Assembly (NCBI GenBank): GCA_963829055.1
Contig: CAWHHI010000012.1
Location: 320,001-384,000 of the forward strand
Direction of reading: 5' to 3'
Origin: an uncultured Gemmatimonadaceae bacterium
Lineage (GTDB): Bacteria > Gemmatimonadota > Gemmatimonadetes > Gemmatimonadales > Gemmatimonadaceae
Length of the DNA stretch: 64,000 nt
In this document: positions 34,841 to 44,860 of the stretch, one piece after another
Layout of the letters: every line of letters starts with the position of its first letter
Position numbering within the stretch: the first letter of the stretch is position 1
Made by a program: the position numbers and the translations under genes
The notes under the pieces: generated by a model
Told to the model about the DNA's origin: nothing
Database searches by the model: none
Seen by the model: the letters and a program-made list of their open reading frames with translations, nothing else

Positions 34841-34890
34841 GCAGCGAACGCGGCTTCCGTGCAGTAAGCGCCGCGACGCGTCAGCGAGCG
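34841..34890 (-). promoter_or_regulatory. Three imperfect 10-bp direct repeats, candidate LytTR binding site
   Basis: gcagcgaacg / gcagtaagcg / tcagcgagcg at 34841, 34861 and 34881, between the LytTR gene and the downstream gene. Confidence 0.5.
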
Positions 34891-34918
34891 CCACGCCGCT
34901 TACTCGACCACGATCGCG

Positions 34919-35408
34919 TCAGCGCTTTGCGGCAGCCCCGCCAAAGCGCACGAGCACCGTGTCGCGACGACGCTCGCTCACGCTGATCCGACTGCCGTCC
35001 TCGAGGCGAAGATCGAGCTGTCCGCGCTCACCACGCGTGAGCTCGCGCACGCGGTCGATGTTCACGATCGCGCCGCGGTGCACGCGCACGAACCGCGCTG
35101 GATCGAGCTGCCCCTCGAGCGACGACAGCGACTGCCTGACGAGAAACGACCCACTGACCGTGTGCAGTCACGAACACGACCGCGGGAAGCGCCTCTCTGG
35201 CGAGCGATGCGAGCACGGCGAATCCGTCGAGCTCCGGCATCTGCACGTCGAGAAACACGAGGTCGGGCGCGAGCTGTCGGATCGCGCCTAACGTCTCGAC
35301 ACCATTGCGACTCTCGCCCACGACCTCCACGTCCGCATAGCCCGCGAGCAACCCCCGAACCACGCTCCGCGCGAGCGGCTCATCATCGGCAATGAGCGCG
35401 CGGATCAC
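34919..35408 (-). pseudogene. LytTR response regulator with an internal out-of-frame deletion
   Basis: Receiver start (IADDEPLAR..FLDVQMP..VFVTAH) is joined directly to the LytTR end in another frame (LHTVSGSFLVRQSLSSLE..FVRVHRGAIVN). Confidence 0.85.
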
Positions 35409-36560
35409 TGGACCTCCGCGTACGACGACTGAAACGGCACACGGAGTGACGCCGTGGCGCCGCCGAGCGTGCCGGCGCCAAGCGTGAGGGAACAATCGGC
35501 GCCGTAGAGCCGCGTCAGGCGGGCACGCGTATCGGCCAGCCCGAGGCCGACGCCAGCCGATGCCACCGAGCCGCGAGCGGCGGCCGCGCCATCCGCCGTC
35601 ATGCCAGGACCGTCGTCACTCACGTCGATGGCGAGCGCACGTCCATCGCGTCGCGCGGAAATACGCAGCCGTCCCGCATTCCACGACGCAGCCACAGCGT
35701 GTCGCATCGCATTTTCCACCAGCGGCTGGACGACGAGCGACGGCACCACCGCATCGCCTACGCCAGGCTGCAGATCCCACTCGACGCGCAGCCGATCGGC
35801 GAAGCGGACCGCCTCGATGTCGAGATAGCGGCGCACGAACGCGAGCTCGTCGCGAAGACGCACCATGTCCGGCGCGTCACGGGAGATCGCCTCGCGCAGC
35901 AGCTCACTCAACTCGGCCACGACGCGAACCGCCGCCGCATTGTCGCCCCCACGCACCAGCGCGCCTATCGAGTGAAGTGCGTTGAACAGGAAGTGCGGGT
36001 GAAGGCGTGCCCGCAGTGTCGCCAGCTCGGCGCGCGCGAGCTGCTCGCGCAGCTCCGCATCACGGACCTCTCGTTCCTTGAGACGCCGCGCGTAGTCCAG
36101 CGCCGCGCCGGCCGCGATGATGGCACCCCACACGAGGGCCCCGATGGGCAGCCACGCGAGCGACACGCGCCACAGATAGCTGCCGAACGGGATGCGCACT
36201 GGTCCTCCCACTACGAGGTACGTCGCGCCTGCGTAGACGGTGCCGCGCAGACACGCAGCGGCACCAATGCCAAGCGCGTGCACCACAAGCGACTTCGCGG
36301 CCGGCGGCCAGGCGATTGGGTAGCGACGCGCCAGGCGCATGATCACGGGCGTCAGCGGCACCCAGATCAGCCATTCCGCCAACGCCGGCACGAGCGCTCG
36401 CGGCGGGGGCACGGGCGTGCCGTTGATGACCGCGGTCGCGTACATCTGCAGGACCATGAATGCGGCGGGCACGAGCCACACCGCGAGCGAGGATGGCCCC
36501 CTGGCGTCGCACGCGTGCGTGGTGGGCGGGTGCCGAGGGTACAGCAGGCGTCGGGGGCAT
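35405..36560 (-). CDS. LytS/YehU-type membrane sensor histidine kinase
   Basis: LRARLHPHFLFNALH, YLDIEAVRF, QPLVENA, VSDDGPG and GLGL motifs. Start region frameshifted. Confidence 0.9.
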
Positions 36561-36741
36561 GGCGCAGTCTCATTCCGTGCACGCGTTCGGGCAACGCTGG
36601 TCGTGGCCAATCGGCGACGGACCCACACCAGTCCGGCCAACCATCGCGAACCACCCCAACCCTTTTGCATGGTCGCGCGTTAGCTTCCGCTTGGCACTTT
36701 CTAGAGTCCTGGGGCGTTCACTCACCGACACGAGGACAGGG

Positions 36742-37752
36742 GTGGGGACACAGCTACGCGAGCAACACCGCACCGACGAGCGTGACCTCGAGCTGCTGCA
36801 ACAGCTCACGCAGGCACGGAAGCGGCTCACCGACCAGATCGCGCGACGGATCATCGGCCAGGTCGATGTCATCGACAATCTGGTGGCGGCCATTCTCGCC
36901 GGCGGCCACGTGCTGCTGGTCGGTGTGCCGGGGGTGGCGAAGACGCTGCTCATTCAGACGCTGTCGCAGGCGCTCGACCTGAGCTTCAACCGCGTGCAGT
37001 TCACGCCGGACCTCATGCCGGCGGACATCACCGGCACCGAGCTGCTCGAGGAAGACCACGCCACCGGTCGCCGGGTCTTCAAGTACATCAAAGGCCCGGT
37101 GTTCGCGAACATCGTGCTCGCCGACGAGATCAACCGCGCCCCGCCAAAGACGCAGGCCGCGCTGCTCCAGGCGATGCAGGAGCACACGGTCACCGCGGCT
37201 GGCTCGACCCACGCGCTGCCCGAGCCGTTCTTCGTCCTCGCGACGCAGAACCCGATCGAGCAGGAAGCGACGTATCCGCTTCCCGAGGCACAGCTCGACC
37301 GGTTCATGTTCGAGCTCCGCATGGGCTACCCGTCGAAGGATGACGAGGAGCGCATCGTCGTCGCGACTACTGGCGCCACGGAGAACGAGATCGTCCCGGT
37401 GCTGCATGGGTCGCAGGTCATCGAGCTTCAGAAACTCGTGCGCCGCATCCCTGCTCCGCCGACGATCGTGAAGTACGCGGTGCACCTCGCCCGTGCCACG
37501 CGGCCGCAGGAGTCCGACGCCGGCCCCGAAGTGCGGAAATACGTGAGCTTCGGCGCCGGGCCCCGTGCGTCGCAGTATCTGGTGTTAGGCGCCAAGGCGC
37601 GTGCCGCGATGGACGGACGCCCCGTACCGGACATCGACGACGTGCGAGCCATTGCGCTGTCCGTGCTGCGACACCGCGTCGTCATGAACTTCCAGGGCGA
37701 AGCGGAAGGCGTGAGCGTCGAGAAGCTGCTGCCGCTCAACGAGAAGCGTTAG
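36742..37752 (+). CDS. MoxR family AAA+ ATPase
   Basis: GVPGVAKT, RVQFTPDLMPADITG, LADEINRAPPKTQ, ATQNPIEQE, LPEAQLDRF. Confidence 0.95.
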   Translation: MGTQLREQHRTDERDLELLQQLTQARKRLTDQIARRIIGQVDVIDNLVAAILAGGHVLLVGVPGVAKTLLIQTLSQALDLSFNRVQFTPDLMPADITGTELLEEDHATGRRVFKYIKGPVFANIVLADEINRAPPKTQAALLQAMQEHTVTAAGSTHALPEPFFVLATQNPIEQEATYPLPEAQLDRFMFELRMGYPSKDDEERIVVATTGATENEIVPVLHGSQVIELQKLVRRIPAPPTIVKYAVHLARATRPQESDAGPEVRKYVSFGAGPRASQYLVLGAKARAAMDGRPVPDIDDVRAIALSVLRHRVVMNFQGEAEGVSVEKLLPLNEKR

Positions 37753-37774
37753 GAAACGCGTCCGCAAGAAGTCA

Positions 37775-37810
37775 GGCTCCGGAGGGCGCATGCGCCCTCC
37801 GGAGCTTTTT
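37775..37810 (+). terminator. Intrinsic terminator after moxR
   Basis: gctccggagggcgc-at-gcgccctccggagc-ttttt. Confidence 0.85.
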
Positions 37811-37842
37811 CATCCGCTGCCCGCGGTCACACCACAGACACG

Positions 37843-38727
37843 TCAATCGTTAGGCATCGATCGTCGCACGGCCGAGGGCGGCGTGCCCTCGGCCGCATGG
37901 AATGCGCGCGTCAAATGGCTGTGGTCCGCAAAGCCCGCCTCGTGCGCGATGGCCGCAATCGACCGGTCACCTCGAATGAGCTCGGCCTTCACCCACTCGA
38001 TCTGCCGACGGCGTTGGTACTGCCACGGCGTAACCCCGTAGCGCCGCTTGAACGCCCGCGCGAACGACGACGGATGGAAACCCGCGACCGCCGCCAGCTC
38101 CGCGAGTTGAAACGCGCGGGTAAAATGCGCGTCGATGAATTCGCGCGCGCGCGCGAGTCGGGCAACAGCCCGTTCGCGGTCTCCGGGTGCGTGGCAGGTA
38201 GAGGTCGAGCGGACGAGTTGCGCGAGCATGGCCAGCACCAGCCCCTCGATGGCAAGGTCGCTCGCCTGATCGCGATGATGAAGCTCCCACTGTAGCTGGC
38301 CGGCGAGCGTACGCACGGTGCCATCCCCGACAATGGCCGCCCTGCCTAACAACCGCCTGATGCGTCGATCGCCGAGCGTTTGCTCCAGCGGAATATCGAC
38401 GATCGTGAGCCGTGTGCCAGCCGGATCGAATTGATTGGCATGCGGCTCTTCGGACGGCCGGATGTGCAGCATGCCGGCGCCGCAGACGGCCACTCCGCGG
38501 CGGGTCGTCTCGAGAAAGCTCCCGCGTGCGACGAACGAGAATGCCGGGCGCGCGTGTGTGTGGGTGGGCAGTGACATGCCGTTCGTGTATTCCGCGTCGA
38601 GAACCTGGTAGCCGGCAACCTCCGCGACGGCAATGCGTCGACCCGCCACGTCCGCAGTCGTGTCATGTGACGTCGCATATCCAGGCCGTGCTTCGATCAT
38701 CAGTCCCGTCCCACGGAGAATCGACAT
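37843..38727 (-). CDS. AraC family transcriptional regulator
   Basis: Cupin HTH..H N-terminal domain; C-terminal IAHEAGFADHSHLTRAF. Confidence 0.9.
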   Translation of the reverse strand: MSILRGTGLMIEARPGYATSHDTTADVAGRRIAVAEVAGYQVLDAEYTNGMSLPTHTHARPAFSFVARGSFLETTRRGVAVCGAGMLHIRPSEEPHANQFDPAGTRLTIVDIPLEQTLGDRRIRRLLGRAAIVGDGTVRTLAGQLQWELHHRDQASDLAIEGLVLAMLAQLVRSTSTCHAPGDRERAVARLARAREFIDAHFTRAFQLAELAAVAGFHPSSFARAFKRRYGVTPWQYQRRRQIEWVKAELIRGDRSIAAIAHEAGFADHSHLTRAFHAAEGTPPSAVRRSMPND

Positions 38728-38782
38728 GGCCAAGGTGGGGAGCGGGAACAAGAGCCGCCAACGCAATCTCATCAACTTTCAA

Positions 38783-38797
38783 ATGAGCCGCGCTCAT
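38783..38797. promoter_or_regulatory. LysR-type T-N11-A palindromic box
   Basis: ATGAG-CCGCG-CTCAT between the divergent AraC and LysR genes. Confidence 0.55.
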
Positions 38798-38931
38798 GGC
38801 TCCGCATGTCGCGCGGGCATGGCTGCGATCATCCAAGCGCCGGCACGGATCTGACAAGCGCTCCGTGTCGCCGAAGCCGATGATGCGCTCGAGACGAAAG
38901 CATGCTCCACCTTGATCCCCAGGAGTGCGCG

Positions 38932-39888
38932 ATGATCCTCGAGGTCCGCCACCTTCGTATTCTCGCGGCGATCGCCGATCACGGGACCGTATCGGCCGCC
39001 ACGAAGCAGGTTTACCTGACGCAGTCGGCAATCAGCCATCAACTGATCGAGCTCGAGCAGCGGCTCGGAGTACCGTTCTTCCACCGCACACCGAAAGGCA
39101 TGGTGCCTACGGATGCCGGCGCCGAGATGATCGGGGTCGCGCGCGACGTGCTCGCTCGGCTGGCGACCGCGGAAGCCTCGATGCTGCGGTCGACGCCACG
39201 CTTGGCCGGTCGGCTGCGCATCGGCACGGACTCGCCGCTTGCGCTCACGTGGCTGCCGGCCGCCGTCGCGAGCGTCCGTCGCCGGCTGCCGCACATCAGG
39301 GCGGAGCTCGTTCCGGAGACCCTCGCTCACGGCGTCGACGCCCTGTTCGAAGGCCGCTTCGAGCTCGCGGTCAGTGCTGATCCAGAGCCGGACCCACGAC
39401 TCGATCTCGTGCCGTTGTTCGACGAGGAGCTCGTCGCGTTGGTCGCGAGTGCCCACCGGCTCGCCGATCGCCCTCTCCTCTCGAGCGGTGACCTCCGCGT
39501 CGAGCAGCTCGCGGTTCACACCGCGCGGCCGGCGGAGCAGCGATGGCTCACGGATCGGCTCGCGGCTGCCGGTCTCGAGCCGATGCGCCTAACGCCCGTG
39601 ACGCTCACGGAGGCGATCATCGGGCTCGCCGAAGCCGGTGAAGCAGTCGCAATCGTTCCACGCCCGATCGCCGACGCCGCCGTGCGAGCAGGTCGGGTAC
39701 GCGCGCTACGCGTAGGCCAGCACGGCTTGCGTCGGCGATGGCACCTCGTGACGCTCGCGACCGGAGTCAGCGCTCTGCATGTGCAATGCTTTGTCGCGGC
39801 CATCCAGTCGGCCGCGACCGAGGCTGCTGGAATCTCCGACGAGCGGTCGATGCCCACCCGGTCACCACGCGTGCCGCGATCGGCCTAA
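38932..39888 (+). CDS. LysR family transcriptional regulator
   Basis: LEVRHLR..LTQSAISHQL..LEQRLG HTH; AGGAG RBS. Confidence 0.92.
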   Translation: MILEVRHLRILAAIADHGTVSAATKQVYLTQSAISHQLIELEQRLGVPFFHRTPKGMVPTDAGAEMIGVARDVLARLATAEASMLRSTPRLAGRLRIGTDSPLALTWLPAAVASVRRRLPHIRAELVPETLAHGVDALFEGRFELAVSADPEPDPRLDLVPLFDEELVALVASAHRLADRPLLSSGDLRVEQLAVHTARPAEQRWLTDRLAAAGLEPMRLTPVTLTEAIIGLAEAGEAVAIVPRPIADAAVRAGRVRALRVGQHGLRRRWHLVTLATGVSALHVQCFVAAIQSAATEAAGISDERSMPTRSPRVPRSA

Positions 39889-39942
39889 CGCCTGTCGAGC
39901 ACCGAAACGCCTCGGCGCCCATCCGAGACGCCGGCCCGGGAG

Positions 39943-40728
39943 TCAGCCGATAGCCCGCCGATCGGCGCCAATCTCGGCGCGGATCAGATCGAGTACGTAG
40001 CGATGGCCGCCTCGCGAGCGAAGGTCGAGCGGACGCAGTCCTGTGTAGCGCTTACAGGTGACGCGCAGCGACGCGCCGGAGCGAAACCCAGCTGCGTCCG
40101 CGACCTGGTCCACCGAGCGGGCCGGGTCCTCCAGCAGGTGCGCCGCCACAAGCAGGCGCGACCACGTGATCAGCGCCGCTGCCCCCGGGAGACCGGCGCT
40201 GCCGAGCCGGCTGACGAGCGTGCGCCGGGCGATGCCTAACGCATGCGCGATGCCTTCCACGCCGTCGCTGCCGATGGGATTGTTGAGGCAGTAGGCAAGA
40301 ATCGGCCGCACGGAGGCGGACACGAACGGGCTCAATTCGGCGAACGCCTGCTCCCCGACGCGGCTCACCGCGGCTCGCGCAATGATCTGGCTGGCGACGG
40401 TCCCCACGTCATCGAAGTCTCGAACGATGACGTCGTCGGCACCGGCACGCACGAGGGCAATGAGCGAATGCGTGTCCGCAGCCGTCAGCGCGCAATGGGC
40501 GATGACCGGGAGCGACGGGAATCCTTGCCGGATTTCCGCCACCGTGGCCGCGGTCTGCCGCCCGATCTTGTCCGTCGGCTCGGTAATGACCAGGTGGACA
40601 CAAAAGCGGCGAACGAGTGCCCGCAGCCCTTCAATGCGTTCGCAGAAGTGCACCTCGGCCACACCGTGAAGACCACGGCGCAGCACGAGGCGGTCTCTGG
40701 GATCGAGAACGAGCGCGGCGACAATCAC
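39943..40728 (-). CDS. AraC-type HTH regulator with receiver-like N-terminus
   Basis: LVRAGADDVI; C-terminal SVDQVADAAGFRSGASLR..KRYTGLRP. Confidence 0.8.
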   Translation of the reverse strand: MIVAALVLDPRDRLVLRRGLHGVAEVHFCERIEGLRALVRRFCVHLVITEPTDKIGRQTAATVAEIRQGFPSLPVIAHCALTAADTHSLIALVRAGADDVIVRDFDDVGTVASQIIARAAVSRVGEQAFAELSPFVSASVRPILAYCLNNPIGSDGVEGIAHALGIARRTLVSRLGSAGLPGAAALITWSRLLVAAHLLEDPARSVDQVADAAGFRSGASLRVTCKRYTGLRPLDLRSRGGHRYVLDLIRAEIGADRRAIG

Positions 40729-41109
40729 GCAACACTACTCCCGGCCAGTTGGCCGACGTCGAATCGAGATTTGTAAGGCCGAATCGGAGCGGACGGCAGT
40801 GCTCCGCGGAGCAGGAGGGTATGGGCCTGCACCGCGCCCGTCAAGAACACCAAAGCTTGCTGTCCGTTTAACGCGTGGCCATTGACCGGTCTGCTCACGG
40901 CGTTACGATTAGTGCGCATAGTGTTACCTTGGTAGCAGATCAGTTGGTGTCAGCCCGCGCCCCGCGGGAACACAACAGTCGCGCACAGATTCGACCTGCG
41001 CGGAACACGGTCCCATACCCACACCGACCAGCCTATGCCGAGCCGCGCGAGACCCGATAGAGCCTCACGAGCGGGAAGGGTTACGAAGAGCCAAAGGGTG
41101 GTGGCCGCT

Positions 41110-41907
41110 ATGAAGTCCAAGACACGAGGCAAAGGCCGCGGCGGCTCACGAGGCCCACGCGTGGTCAGCAGGAATGTCGCGCCGGCCATCGTCGCCATGA
41201 GTCGCGCGCTACGCGATGCGCGGACGAAGGCAGAGCTCAGCAAGGCCACAGCCGCCGATAAGATCGGTGTGCACTTCGTGACCCTGTACGCGTGGGAGAA
41301 CGAGAACCGCACCGACCAGCCGAGCGACGAGAACCTGGCGAAGGCCGCGAAGGCGTACGGCACCACGGCCGAGACGCTGCAGCGGCGCGCGAAGGCAATC
41401 GAAGCAGGGCTTAGCGCGGAATCGGGAGCAGGCGACGCCACCGAAAGCGCCGCTGCCCCAGCGGCGAAGAAGGCTCCAGCCAAGCGCGGCCGCCCAGCGA
41501 AGGTGAAAACACGAGGGGCACAACGCGCCGAGGCTCCTGCCCCGCCGGTAGCCAAGAGACCGGTGGGTCGGCCGAGGTCCACACCGGCCGTGAGCGCGCC
41601 GGTGAGCGCGCGGGTGAGCGCGCCTGCGAACGGCCGCGTCACGAATCATGCGCAGGTGACGCTGTCTCACCAGGCGTATGCGCGCGTGCTCCGCGTGCTC
41701 GCCGATCTCGCCGAGGACCTGTCGCTCTCGCCGTCAGCACTCGGCGCCGCACAGCAGGCGCTCACCGCTCCCGGAATGCTCGACGTCTTCGCCGCGTTCA
41801 CATCGGCGCCGATGACCGACGCCGACATCCTGAACGCGATCGACGCCACGAGCGTCGCCGTCCGCTCGTTCGTCGCCGCTCGGAAGGTCCCCGCGGGACA
41901 ACGGTAA
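41110..41907 (+). CDS. XRE-family HTH protein with Ala/Lys/Pro-rich AT-hook-like linker
   Basis: LRDARTKAELSKATAADKIGVHFVTLYAWENE..P; KRGRPAK and PVGRPRS. Confidence 0.8.
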   Translation: MKSKTRGKGRGGSRGPRVVSRNVAPAIVAMSRALRDARTKAELSKATAADKIGVHFVTLYAWENENRTDQPSDENLAKAAKAYGTTAETLQRRAKAIEAGLSAESGAGDATESAAAPAAKKAPAKRGRPAKVKTRGAQRAEAPAPPVAKRPVGRPRSTPAVSAPVSARVSAPANGRVTNHAQVTLSHQAYARVLRVLADLAEDLSLSPSALGAAQQALTAPGMLDVFAAFTSAPMTDADILNAIDATSVAVRSFVAARKVPAGQR

Positions 41908-41970
41908 CACGAGCATGCCCGTTTCGGGCGACCGCCACCACGGCGGCCGCCCGGAGCCGGCTGCGATTCA

Positions 41971-42390
41971 TTGTCGTGCGGTCGGCCTCTGCGCGTCCGG
42001 GACGCGTCAGTCGCGCTCGTGTTCGTCCTGGCGGCAGGCGCAGCGCGCCTAACGCTGGCACAGACGGTCACCGTCCCCACCGAAAGGCGTGGGTCGGCCG
42101 TGACAGCATCCGGTTCGACGCCATCGCGTAGCGCCGGTCGCCACCGTGCCCGTCGACTCCGCGCGGTGGGTCGACGCCGATAGCGTCATGGATCGCGATC
42201 TACCTGACGGGCTCTATTTCGGCATGAACGCCCGGGGGCTGCGTGACGATCTGGGCATCATGTCGCCCGGCGGTGATGCGGTGTAGGTGCCGCTCCAGCG
42301 CAGACGCAACGAGCTGGTCGTTGCCGTACCCGAGTACTCTGGTGGGTGGGCATTCTGGGCACGGCTGGACGCGGTGAGCCACGACGAATT
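41971..42390 (+). pseudogene. Remnant of an exported protein gene (signal peptide plus C-terminal fragment)
   Basis: Signal-like ALVFVLAAGAARLTLAQ, then LGIMSPGGDAV*VPLQRRRNELVVAVPEYSGGWAFWARLD with a TAG at 42284. Confidence 0.4.
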
Positions 42391-42467
42391 TCCCCGGGGA
42401 CTAACTTTGGACGTACCACCAAAGACGGTGGTAGCAATCCGATCAGTTGTGCGAGGTCCCCTGGCCG

Positions 42468-43511
42468 ATGTACGCCACGTGTCTCTTCTGCAACCGCTCG
42501 CTCGGGCATAACGAGTCCATCGAGCATTTCCCCATCGGTCGTCGACTCGCGTTCGATGCGGCGAAAGGGCGCCTCTGGGTGGTGTGTCCGTCGTGCGAAC
42601 GATGGAACCTGACGCCGCTCGAGGAGCGGTGGGAAGCGATCGAGGACGCCGAACGTCTCTACCGCGGGACGCGACTGCGTGCCGCGACGGATCAGATCGG
42701 GCTCGCGCGCCTTCGAGACGGAACGGAGCTCGTGCGCATCGGCGAACCGCTACGCCCCGAGTTCGCCGCGTGGCGGTATGGCGATCAGTTCGGCAGACGC
42801 CGGCGCCGACAGGTGATCGTCGCGGGCGCGGGTGTCGCCGCGATCGGGGCCATCGTCGCAGGAGGCGTCGCCGTGGGCGCGTCGGTGGGCGGCGTCGGGT
42901 GGCTTCTCGCACGGCTCGTGCAATCGGCAATCAAGGGCAATCCACGGAGTGTGGTTGCCCGCATCCGCACCGAGGACCAGCAGATCCTTCGCGTTCGACT
43001 CGGCCATCTGTCGGAGACGACGCTGGACCGCGGCAGTTCGGCGCCGCTCTCGGTCGACCTGCGCCACGACGGCGGCAGGTGGGTGTTCGACGGGCCCGAG
43101 GCAATGCGTGTCGTCGCGACGCTGATGCCCAAGGTGAACCGCTACGGCGGCACCAAGCAGACGGTCGCCGAGGCGGTGACGGCCATCGAAGAGACGCGCG
43201 GCTCCGAAGGGTTCCTGGAGGCGCTCGCTCGAAGCGCCCGCGTGTACACGCGACCGCCCCCGAAGCCGGCGCGACGCCTCACGATCATGCACGACATGCC
43301 CGACGCCGGCCTGCTCGGCCTATCGCGAGTGCAGCGACTCGCGTTCGAGATGGCGCTGCACGAGGAGGCCGAACGGCGGGCGATGGAGGGCGAGCTCGGC
43401 GACCTCGAACGAGCGTGGCGCGAGGCGGAGGAGATCGCCGGTATCGCCGACGACCTGCTCGTGCCGGCTGGCGTGTCGACCCGGATCGAGGAGTTTCGCG
43501 AGCGCACGTGA
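42468..43511 (+). CDS. Hypothetical protein with N-terminal CxxC..CxxC zinc ribbon and a central TM hairpin
   Basis: MYATCLFC...WVVCPSCERWNL; C-terminal EMALHEEAERRAMEGEL. Confidence 0.8.
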   Translation: MYATCLFCNRSLGHNESIEHFPIGRRLAFDAAKGRLWVVCPSCERWNLTPLEERWEAIEDAERLYRGTRLRAATDQIGLARLRDGTELVRIGEPLRPEFAAWRYGDQFGRRRRRQVIVAGAGVAAIGAIVAGGVAVGASVGGVGWLLARLVQSAIKGNPRSVVARIRTEDQQILRVRLGHLSETTLDRGSSAPLSVDLRHDGGRWVFDGPEAMRVVATLMPKVNRYGGTKQTVAEAVTAIEETRGSEGFLEALARSARVYTRPPPKPARRLTIMHDMPDAGLLGLSRVQRLAFEMALHEEAERRAMEGELGDLERAWREAEEIAGIADDLLVPAGVSTRIEEFRERT

Positions 43512-43693
43512 TGTCGGGCGACGTGCACCGCCGCCTAACGTGACACGACTGCGCTGGCGCCGCGCGCCGCGCCGGCGCGAGGTGGTCCGCTCGGCGGACG
43601 CTGTCCTGGTACTAGACGGCCCCGTCATCGACCGGTGAAGTTGCGATGTCGCACCGGCGAGGGCGCCGGAGCGCGTCTCCTCGACCAACGACA

Positions 43694-44726
43694 ATGCCGA
43701 ACTCGACTCCTGCGCTGCGCCGCACGGCGGCCCGCGCACTCCTCGTTCTCGCCGTCGCGACTGCCTTCATCGGCTCGCACGGTTTCGGTAGCGGCCGCGC
43801 AGACGTCCGCTCGAAGCGGCTACGTTCTCGTCGCGAACCAACAATCGGCGAACGCGTCGCTGATCGATCTCGCGACCGACAGCATGCGCTTCATCGACGT
43901 CGGCGTGGGGCCGCACGAAGCCGTCATCGCGCCGAGCGGGCGCGTGGGCGTCGTGACCATCTACGGGACGCAGACGCCCGGCAACGAGCTGGCGATCATC
44001 GACATCAAGGCCGGTACCGTGAAGCGCAAGATCTCGCTCGGCGAGTACACGCGCCCGCATGGCGCGATGTTCCTGCCTGGCGACGAGTCGAGAGTCGTCG
44101 TTACCTCGGAGGCCACGCAGCGCATCGTCCTCGTCAACATCGAGAGCGGCACCGTGGAGGGGACCATCTCCACGGGCGCGGCCGGGTCGCATATGGTGGG
44201 CATTACCCGCGACGCATCGCGTGCGTTCACGTCGGACGTCGGTACCGGCGCGGTGTCGGAGATGGACCTCGTGAAGAAGGCGCTCGTGCGCGTGATTCCG
44301 ATCGCGCCGCGCGTCGAGGGCATCGCGGTCGCGCCGGATGGCAGCACCGTCTGGGCGGGCAGCAATACGAATGGCACCGTGAGTGTGATCGACACGAAGA
44401 GCGGAGCCATCGTCGAGACGTTGACCGGCTTCTCCCTGCCCTACCGGCTTGCGATCTCCGCCGACGGGCGCACCGCGATCATCTGTGATCCCCAGGGGAA
44501 CGCGATCCACGTCGCGGACGTGGCCACGCGGAAGGTGCTGTGGAAGCTCGAGGGGCTCGCGTCGCCCCGTGGGGTCTCGATCGCGCCTGACGGGAAGACC
44601 GCCTTCGTGACGCTGGCCGAGGACCCATCGGTGGGGATTGTGGATCTCGTTGGGCGAAAGGTCGTGCGAAAGATCGGTGTGGGTGCGTCGCCCGACGGCG
44701 TCGGATATGGCCCGGCGCCCCGATAG
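43694..44726 (+). CDS. YncE/YVTN beta-propeller protein (frameshift near 43780)
   Basis: Signal peptide; repeated VGVGPHE / GIAVAPDG / GVSIAPDG blades. Confidence 0.85.
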
Positions 44727-44860
44727 GCGCCAACTTCGACGCGCGTTTCGACACCGGCTGCGACAGTCGTGCGAGGGCAAAATGACGCCTGACTGACGCG
44801 TTGCGTTTAATTGGAGCCGTGACGACTTTCTCAGATCCGTACACGGAGCCAGCAGTCCGC

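Noticed and set aside
42284..42286. In-frame TAG in the gene remnant as pyrrolysine or readthrough
   Set aside because: The surrounding gene is fragmentary; a nonsense mutation in a decaying gene is simpler.
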